Of a stretch of 64,000 bases of DNA, positions 8,346 to 15,600 are shown piece after piece. Each line of letters opens with the position of its first letter. Position 1 is the stretch's first letter. Position numbers and translations under genes: made by a program. The notes under the pieces were generated by a model. It searched no databases. It worked only from the letters and a program-made list of their open reading frames with translations, and was not told where the DNA came from. Origin of the DNA: an uncultured Solirubrobacterales bacterium (GTDB taxonomy: Bacteria; Actinomycetota; Thermoleophilia; Solirubrobacterales; Solirubrobacteraceae); assembly GCA_963794845.1 (NCBI GenBank), contig CAWCFD010000002.1, forward strand, positions 890,960 through 954,959. Reading direction: 5' to 3'.

Positions 8346-10309
8346 TCTACCGCGACGATCAGATGATGCTCGAGGCGTTCAGGGAGCGACTGATCGAGCT
8401 TGCCGGCGCGGGCGACAGCGAGGCGGTGCAGACGCTGCTCACGCCCCTAGCGGGCCGGGCTGTGGACGCGTCGTTGTGGCGGCAGATCCTTCAGGTCGCC
8501 GCCGAGCACCCGCCTGTGCTCGCGCCACTGCTGGCCGAGCCGCTTGCGTCGCCAGCGATCCTGGGAGCCATGAACACGAACGGCGCTGCAGCGGCTGCGC
8601 TCGACGCGTGCTTCCCGTTTCTCGGCAAGCGCGAGCGCGAGGCGGTCGAGACGGCGATCCTTGCTCTCGCCGTCGAGGACGAGTGGGACCAGCATCGGCG
8701 CGACCGTGTGCTGCTCGCGTTGCCGCAAGAGCTGCTTGTCACTGTCGCGGCGCGCGAGCAGCAGGCCCAGGCGGGCTCCCGGCACGAGGCCCGCGAGCGC
8801 CGCGAACGGGAAATGTATGAGCGCGCGGTCGATGAACACGGACAGCACGCGGCGCCGTCGCCACACTCTGACCCCGAGGACGCGATCCTGTCGAAGTTGA
8901 TCGGACGCGTGCAGATCGCGCAGCCGAGCACCGAAGCCGTGGACTGGGATGAGCTGGCGCAGGCGATGCGCGAGTTGAAGGCCCACCTCGATGGCTCGAA
9001 CGGTGTCAGCCAGCTGCGCTCGGAAGCGGGTGGCTGGCTCACGCACGCCGCCGTCGCGACAGCTGCGCGGACTCCGCTCCCAGCTGACGAGGCGACAAGG
9101 GTCGCAGGCGAAGTGCTGCTCGCAGCCAGCGATGACCCACGCCCACATCAGGAGGAGGACCCAGACAGCTTCGACAAGTTCCCGACCGGCGAGTTCCCGT
9201 CTGGCCGCACCGACGCGGCGCGCGGTCTTCTTGGACTTGCCCGCGACCCGGATCTGCTGCCCGATGGCGGGCTCGCCGCGATCGAGCAAATGGCAAACGA
9301 TGTCGCGGCAGCGGTGCGGCTCCCGGTTGCCGAGAATCTGCATCTCCTCGCAGTGAGCGATGAGCAGCTCGCGTGGCGATTGGCCGAGAAGATGACCGCC
9401 GATCCGCGGGCCGCAGTACGCCTGGCGCTGCAGCGCTCGCTCGCCAGCCTGTGCGCGCGTGACCGCGACCGCGCGCTCGACCTCGTGCTCGCGGTCTGCC
9501 GTGCGGAGGCCGCCCGTGAGCAGCCGAACGAGGGCGTGCTCGAGCACTTCAGCCGCCTGCTCCTCGAATCGTGGGTGTGGCAGGGCACATCGCAGGGCAA
9601 AGCGATGCTGGACGAGTTCCTGGCCGACCTGCCCCGCTACGCACACGCCGCGGCGCGCCTGCCCGGAGCGCTGCGAGCCCCCACCACCCACGGCGAAATC
9701 GGCGCAAACGACCTTGAGGCGGACGCCGTACGGGCGCGCGCGATCGACGCGTTCGCCCGCCTCGCGGAAGCCGGCCTGGCCTCACTGGCTGCCTCGTGGG
9801 ACGCCTATCGCGATGCGGCCGCCAAGGGCGAGCCTCTGGACGAGGAGCGCCTGAAGGCGGCCGGCAAGGTTGTCGACCACTGCTGCATGGAGCTGTATTT
9901 CGCGTCCGGCGCGTACCGTGACGGCCAGCACAAGATCAGCGACGCCAAGCGCAGGCGCTTCTACGGCGAGGCGCACGTGCTGATCGATGCGCTGTGCGAG
10001 GCCCCGATACCGCACGCTGCCCACCACGTCATGGAGACCCTCGAGGCTTCGATTGAGTTTGACCCACGCGGAGTGCTGATCCGCAGCGGGCGGTTGATGC
10101 AGGCCGCCCACGACTGGCAGTACGACACAGACGGCCAGGCGCTCAGCCTGTTTGTCAACATGACCCAGCGCTACCTGGCAGAGCACCGCGAGCTGCTCGC
10201 AGACGCCGAATGCCGCGCAAGCCTGCTGCGGTCCCTGGAGCTATTCGTGATGGCTGGCTGGCCTGCCGCGCGGCGTCTCATCTACCGTTTGGACGAGGCG
10301 TTTCGCTAA
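8342..10309 (+). CDS. all-helical repeat (HEAT/ARM-like) partner protein (655 aa)
   Basis: The GTG start overlaps the upstream TGA (GTGA at 8342-8345). The composition is Ala/Leu/Arg-rich with repetitive helices and no catalytic motif recognised. Confidence 0.65.
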   Translation: MIYRDDQMMLEAFRERLIELAGAGDSEAVQTLLTPLAGRAVDASLWRQILQVAAEHPPVLAPLLAEPLASPAILGAMNTNGAAAAALDACFPFLGKREREAVETAILALAVEDEWDQHRRDRVLLALPQELLVTVAAREQQAQAGSRHEARERREREMYERAVDEHGQHAAPSPHSDPEDAILSKLIGRVQIAQPSTEAVDWDELAQAMRELKAHLDGSNGVSQLRSEAGGWLTHAAVATAARTPLPADEATRVAGEVLLAASDDPRPHQEEDPDSFDKFPTGEFPSGRTDAARGLLGLARDPDLLPDGGLAAIEQMANDVAAAVRLPVAENLHLLAVSDEQLAWRLAEKMTADPRAAVRLALQRSLASLCARDRDRALDLVLAVCRAEAAREQPNEGVLEHFSRLLLESWVWQGTSQGKAMLDEFLADLPRYAHAAARLPGALRAPTTHGEIGANDLEADAVRARAIDAFARLAEAGLASLAASWDAYRDAAAKGEPLDEERLKAAGKVVDHCCMELYFASGAYRDGQHKISDAKRRRFYGEAHVLIDALCEAPIPHAAHHVMETLEASIEFDPRGVLIRSGRLMQAAHDWQYDTDGQALSLFVNMTQRYLAEHRELLADAECRASLLRSLELFVMAGWPAARRLIYRLDEAFR

Positions 10310-10431
10310 CTCGCGCCAGTTTCCTCTGCGATCGCCCTTTGCCGAGTTCGCATTCAACTGCAGGCGCGTACCGCCATCGCCACTCAGGCCCGCCCCCAAC
10401 TACGCCCAAAAGCCCTCCCAAGACCGACCGT

Positions 10432-10573
10432 CAAACCCTCAACCAACGTCGCCCGACTCGCGCCAAATCCGCGCCAGTTCAAGCGCGGATCGTGCGGTTT
10501 CGGGCGGTTAACAGCGGTCCCGCGGGGCTGGACACCCGCAGCCGCCAACCGGCCGAATGCGGCTCAACCATGC
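10432..10573. repeat. ~140-bp non-coding repeat, copy A (copy B at 24349..24489)
   Basis: Shared blocks: CAAACCCTCAACCAAC, TCGCGCCAAATCCGCGCCAGT..AGCGCGGATCG, GGCGGTT..CAGCGGTCCCGC, GCTCAACCATGC. The CCGCGC/GCGCGG stem is kept while its loop differs. Indels break every reading frame. Confidence 0.6.
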
Positions 10574-10587
10574 GGAAAACGGCTCAG

Positions 10588-10679
10588 GAAAGCCAAGAAT
10601 CCGGGCGCTGGCAAAAGGCGCGACTTTTCGGCCGGTGGGATTTCAAGACCGGTGCATTCAACCGCTCTGCCACCCTTCC
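10588..10679 (-). pseudogene. truncated tRNA-Ser(UGA)-like gene (intact 5' half only)
   Basis: The minus strand reads GGAAGGG TG GCA GAGCGGTTGAA TGC A CCGGT CTTGAAA, position-for-position like the 5' half of the genuine tRNA-Ser at 27367. After the loop the return strand is offset by 4 nt, and no GTTCGAATC T-arm or matching 3' acceptor strand follows. Confidence 0.45.
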
Positions 10680-10700
10680 GTGTGATCCACAAGGCTAGTC

Positions 10701-10823
10701 GATCCGTTGCGCTCGCTCACCCGGCGCTACGAGCGGCTCGCCCACACCCTCGACGAGCGGCTCGGGCTCAAGCCCGCGCGCGAGACGCGGATCATGTACC
10801 GTGACCTGCTCGGGCAGGGCTGA
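10701..10823 (+). pseudogene. C-terminal remnant of a SARP/BTAD-type activator
   Basis: Start-less frame DPLRSLTRRYERLAHTLDERLGLKPARETRIMYRDLLGQG* is the typical last helix pair of a bacterial transcriptional activation domain. There is no upstream coding continuation. Confidence 0.4.
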
Positions 10824-10834
10824 GGCGCCGGGGC

Positions 10835-10863
10835 TTGACAGTTGCGCATGGACCTGCTATGAA
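10835..10863 (+). promoter_or_regulatory. sigma70/SigA-type promoter of cassette copy 1
   Basis: TTGACA (10835-10840), a 17-nt spacer, then TATGAA (10858-10863). An equivalent TTGACA-N17-TATAAA sits at 41836-41864 in copy 2. Confidence 0.55.
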
Positions 10864-10869
10864 TAGACA

Positions 10870-11111
10870 GTCGCCGTCTGCGGGTGCAGATGGGGGCAAG
10901 AACATAAGACTGGGTTTGGGTCGATCCTCGTGGTCGACGGCAAGCGCTTTGGACGGGACCGTGGAGAGGGACCGGGTCAGAACAGAGAGGGAGTTGTAGT
11001 TCGCGTGGTTTCATTGGGGAATAGCGCAGTTGAGAGGTCGTGCGCGCCTGGCGGGTCCTTTATAGGACGTGTCAGCGTCGCTGACACGTCTCTCTCTCTC
11101 TCTCTCTCTCT
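10870..11111 (+). ncRNA. conserved structured non-coding domain (candidate sRNA or riboswitch-like leader), copy 1
   Basis: ~240 nt downstream of the promoter share long identical blocks with 41870..42110: CATAAGACTGG, GAGAGGGACC, GAGAGGGAG, TGTAGTTCGCGTGGTTTC, TTGGGGAATAGCGCAGTTGAGAG, GGCGGGTCCTTTATAGGACG. Stop codons and indels exclude a shared ORF. The domain ends in a palindrome plus CU tract. Confidence 0.5.
11089..11111 (+). repeat. (TC)11T dinucleotide tract
   Basis: Hand-counted 23 nt, the same length as the tract at 42088..42110. Confidence 0.9.
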
Positions 11112-11486
11112 GCGACTCAAGCGCTAGGCCCCTCCGTCCGGCCTTTCGGCCGGCCGGGATCCCCGAAGGGGGATATGGGGAGGGGCATGCCCTCCTCCGT
11201 CCGGCCCTAACGGGCCGTCCGGGCTCCCCCGAAGGGGGTAAGGGGAAGGCTGGGCTCCTCTGCGATCCTCGCCGCCGCGTAAGCCGGTCGGCGTCCTGCC
11301 CCCGTAGGGGAGGGGGGCTCTCTTGTCCTCTTAAGACGCGCGCGCAAGGCGCGCTGTCTGCCTTTCACGATCGTGGGACGGTCGCTGGCGACCCGGCCTC
11401 CGTTCTGCCTGCGCGGGCTTTGCCCCTGGGCGCCATCTCCCTACCGGGCGTCCAGGGGTCCGCGCGATCCGGGGGGGCATGGTGAG
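11112..11486 (+). promoter_or_regulatory. long GC-hairpin-rich 5' leader upstream of the regulator gene
   Basis: Tandem modules of two hairpins, for example CCGTCCGGCC-TTTC-GGCCGGCCGG followed by ATCCCC-GAAG-GGGGAT, occur twice, with GCGCGC-GCAAG-GCGCGC further downstream. The last ~70 nt (CTGGGCGCCATCTCC..GGGCGTCCAGGGGTCCG) are conserved with copy 2. Confidence 0.45.
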
Positions 11487-12515
11487 ATGGCGGGTGGGCG
11501 TCCAGCGAAGCGTCCCGGCGCGCGTGCGGCGCAGCGATACAACGGCGCTGTCCGCGAGCAGTTGGGTGAGCTTCAGCGCGCGCGGATCATCGGCGCGACG
11601 TTCGAGGTCACAGCGCAGCGGGGGGCGGGCAACGTGACCGTCGCGCACGTCGTGGAGCGCTCGGGCGTGTCGCGGCGCACGTTCTACGAGCATTTCTCCG
11701 ATCGCGAAGACTGCCTGCTGGCGGCGTTCGAGCACGCGCTGGCGCTCGCCTCGGAGCGTGTCGTCCCGGTCTATGAAGCCGAGCAGGGTTGGCGTGAGCG
11801 GATCAGGGCGGGTCTGCTCGCGCTGTTGGCCTTCTGCGATGAGCAGCCGAGCGTCGGGCGCTTGCTCGTGTGCGAGTCGCCGGCCGGTGGTCCGAGGGTC
11901 GATGAGCGCCGCCGGGACGCGATCGCGCTGCTCACCCGGATCGTGGATCGGGGGCGCGGTGAGACCAAGAGCGACACGCTCTCCCCGCTCGTGGCGGAGG
12001 GGACCGTCGGCGGTGTGCTCGCGGTTATCCAGGCGCGGTTGCTGGAATCGAAACGCACCCCGCTGCTTGGCCTGACCAACGAGCTGATGAGCATGATCGT
12101 CATGCCATATCTGGGCGCCTCGGCGGCCAGGCGCGAGCTCGACCGTCCAGTGCCCGCACCGGCGGGCGTCCAGCGCGACGGCGCGCTGCTCTCAGACCCC
12201 TTCAAAGACACCGGCATGCGCTTGACCTACCGCACGGTGCGCGTGCTGCTCGCCGTCTCCGAGCACCAGCGCGCCTCCAATCGCACGATTGGCCAGACCG
12301 CCGGCATCACAGACCCGGGCCAGATATCCAAGCTGCTCGGCCGCCTGGCGCGCCTCGGCCTGATCGAGAACACCGGCCTCGGCCCCGGTCAGGGAGCACC
12401 CAACGCGTGGACCTTGACCGACAAGGGCCGGCAGATCGCCGAGAACATCCGCGCCAACACCAAAGGCAGCCAAAGCACCCTGAAGCGCACAAGCCACGGA
12501 GCCAGCGAGCGATGA
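11487..12515 (+). CDS. TetR-family N-terminal HTH + C-terminal MarR-like winged-helix fusion regulator
   Basis: TVAHVVERSGVSRRTFYEHFSDREDCLL is a TetR_N HTH. The C-terminal LTYRTVRVLLAVSEHQRASNRTIGQTAGITDPGQISKLLGRLARLGLIENTG..NAWTLTDKGRQI is MarR/wHTH-like. Start set at MAGGRPAKR, conserved with copy 2. Confidence 0.7.
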   Translation: MAGGRPAKRPGARAAQRYNGAVREQLGELQRARIIGATFEVTAQRGAGNVTVAHVVERSGVSRRTFYEHFSDREDCLLAAFEHALALASERVVPVYEAEQGWRERIRAGLLALLAFCDEQPSVGRLLVCESPAGGPRVDERRRDAIALLTRIVDRGRGETKSDTLSPLVAEGTVGGVLAVIQARLLESKRTPLLGLTNELMSMIVMPYLGASAARRELDRPVPAPAGVQRDGALLSDPFKDTGMRLTYRTVRVLLAVSEHQRASNRTIGQTAGITDPGQISKLLGRLARLGLIENTGLGPGQGAPNAWTLTDKGRQIAENIRANTKGSQSTLKRTSHGASER

Positions 12516-12674
12516 GCCGCCGCCCACGCATCCTCGCTCCCACCGGCCGGGACGCCACACCAAAGCTTGTGTCTCACTGTGAAGTAGCAAGTAAACCTAA
12601 ATCAATCTCATTCTTACATCAATCTGTATCTGTGGACCCACGCGCTAGGCGCGCTTTCAGGAGGGGATGGCTCG

Positions 12675-15600
12675 ATGAACGCTCGTAGGCTCTATTTGGC
12701 GGTTGTGGCGTCGTTGTGCGCGCTGGGCGCCGCGCTTGCCGTGAGTGTGGCTCCCGCGGGGGCCGTGCTGCCGGCCCAGTTCGGTGAAGCGGGTGAACTG
12801 GCCGGTCAGTTCGAGGGGCCTACGGGTATCGCGGTGGATCAGACCAGTCAGGATGTGTATTTGATGGATCGTGGGAACCAGCGGGTCGATGAGTTCACTG
12901 GTGAAGGGCAGTTCCTGCGCGCGTGGGGGTGGGGTGTTCACAACGGTGCCGACGAATTTCAGATCTGTGGTCCTGGGGCGTCCCCGCCGACCAAGAGGTG
13001 TCAGGATGGAATTCCGCGACACGACCAGGGCGGCGTGGCGGACGGGGCGGGCCAGTTTGATTATCCGGAAGGTAACGGGGTTATCGCGGTAGATAACGCG
13101 TCGGGGGATCCGTTGGACATGTCCGTGGGGGATGTGTATGTAGCCGATATCAGAAACGGCCGTGTTGAGAAGTTCGGTCCGAACGGCGAATTCCTGGCGG
13201 CGTTGACCGAACATTTGGGTCGGCCGGAGTCGATCGCGGTCGGTGCGACGGGGACGCTGTTCGTAGGTGAAGCCGCCAGTGTTCAGGAGTTCTCCTCCGA
13301 AGGTACCTACGAGATGACCTTGGCGTTGGAAGGCGGCTCCGGGTCTGTCAAGGGTCTCGCGGTCGATGCGGCGGGCGATCTGATCGTCAACGCCGAAGAC
13401 GGCAGTGTGCGTGAGTACAGCGAATCGGGGACACTGCTGCAGACGCTCGTGGCCGAAGGCGCCAGCTCGATCGCGCTGGGGTCCCACGAAGAACTGTTCG
13501 CCAGCGTCGGCCGTGAATCAATCAGAATGTTGGAGTTCGCGCCCTCCGGTGAAGAGATCGCGAGCTTCGACACCACCGTCAGCAACTCAAAAGAAATACC
13601 AGGGCGCTATGGCCTTGCTTTCGGCGATGCGCTCGGCGGGCTATACGTCGCCACCCAGATTTACGAGCCCGAAACGAATAGCACGACAGACGATGTTGGT
13701 GTGGTGGCGCCGCCTCTAGGTCGGGAGCCTTATCTCCCTTCGGTTTCGGTTAGCGAAGTACAGCCGACTGGCGCGACGCTGCAAGCGAGAATCGACCCGG
13801 AGAATCACGCGACCAGCTACCGTTTCGAATACGGTCAAACGGAAGCGTACGGGTCGAGCGTGCCCGTGCCGGACGGCTCTCTGGCGGCGAGCTTCGAAGA
13901 AGAAACGGTCGCGCTGCCGATCGCGAAACTCCGTGCCGGCACGACCTACCACTACCGGCTGGTGGCCTCCAGCGAATGCGAACCGGAAGCACACCCCGGC
14001 ATACAGTGCCCCGTGCACAGCGAAGATCGCACGTTCTCGACGCTACCGGCCGTCTCGATCGACAGCGAGTACGCCACCGCGGTCGCCTCCACGAGCGCCA
14101 CGCTCGGCGCGCAGTTTAACCCGTTGGGCGCACCGGCGACGTACACCATCGAATACGGAGCCACGACGGCCTACGGTCACATGACGTCGCCGGCGTCGCT
14201 GAGCCCTGTCTCAACGGATGTGGGCGTGAGCGCGCATGTCGATGGGCTGGAACCCGACACGCTCTACCATTATCGTGTCGTCGCGCACGACGAACGCGAA
14301 GGGCAGACCTATACGGTCGAAGGGGCCGACGAGGCGTTCACGACTCAGCCGGCCGGCGCGCCGTTCGCACTGCCAGACGGCCGTGCTTGGGAACAGGTCT
14401 CGCCGGTGAACAAGCACGGAGCGCAAATCTTCGAACTGCCGCGCGCAGAAGAAAATGTCTATCCGATGCAGGCGTCGTTGGCTGGTGACGCGATCGCATA
14501 CACGGCGGGCACTCCAACCGAATCGAATCCGACGGGGTACCTCGCGTTTACGCAGGTGCTTTCCAGGCATGGCGTGGACGGGTGGACATCGCAGGATCTC
14601 GCGACGCCCAATGCATTGCTGGCGGGCGCTGAAATCAATTACATGGAATTCCCGATCTTCTCCGAAGATCTGTCCGGGGCGCTGGTTGAGCAGCTGGGGG
14701 CGGACGCTCCGCTGCTCTCACCGTTGGCGAGTGAATTGACGCCGTACGTGCGCCGGCAGAGCGCCTGTGAATCGCAGGCGAGTGCGAGCGAATGCTACAC
14801 GCCGCTGATCACCGGCAAGCAGGGGGACGCCGACGTGCCGGCAGGCACACACTTCGCCTACCCGGTTCCCAGCGAAATCGACCAAGAATTGAATCTTGAA
14901 GGGGCGACCGGCGATCTCAGTCATGTGGTGTTCGGATACGAGCACCACCAGAGCAGGTATTATGAGGAACCTAATCATCCTACGCCTGAATCGGCTTCGC
15001 TGACCGAAACGCCCGCGTCGACGGGCGGGTTGTATGAGTGGTCGGCGAGCGAACCGCCCGCGAAGCGGCTGCGGCTGGTGAGCGTGCTTCCCGACGGCAA
15101 AGCAGCGGAAGAAGATAGCGAACTCGGGGGAGATGTAGGCGGTGTTCTTGGGCTGCACACCAATGGTCGTGGGGCAATCGCGGCAAACGGTTCGCGCATA
15201 TTCTGGAGCGGGAGTAGGGGCAACGGAGAATCGCTTCACGTCTCGCTTTATATGCGCGATTTTGCCAGGGGCGAAAAGGGCGAAACGCTTGAAATCGGCG
15301 AACCGGAACCGGGGGAAGAAACGGAAGCCGGCAGTGCGCTCTATCAGTCGACTGCGAGCGATGGGTCGAAGGTCTTCTTCACCGATAGCGGGCGCCTGAT
15401 CGAAGGCGCGAGTAACGACAGTTTCTACGAGTGTGAAATCGTCGAAGTGGCCGGGAAGCTGAAGTGCAGGTACACGGATCTGACCCCGAGCGGCGGCGCG
15501 ACGAAATTGGAGTTGGGCTCCAACGCAGACGGCTCCTATGTGTATTTCGCGACGACGAAGAGCGAGGCGCTATTGCAGGATAATCTGTACGTACGTCACG

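Noticed and set aside
10588-10679. tRNA-Sec (selC) or intron-containing tRNA interpretation of the half tRNA
   Set aside because: The anticodon loop reads CTTGAAA (UGA, Ser), not UCA. There is no 8/5 acceptor/T arrangement, and the 3' part lacks any T-loop consensus. A 4-nt 'intron' has no precedent.
10930-11127. 65-aa ORF inside the conserved leader of cassette copy 1
   Set aside because: The homologous segment of copy 2 has stop codons and indels in every frame, and the ORF runs through the palindrome and the (TC)n tract (SLSLSLSL). Conservation is at the nucleotide or structure level.
11089-11330. Possible CRISPR-like or tandem repeat array (CU tract plus repeated hairpins)
   Set aside because: There are no constant-length repeats separated by unique spacers. 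The units are short imperfect palindromic hairpins of variable sequence, and no cas genes are present.
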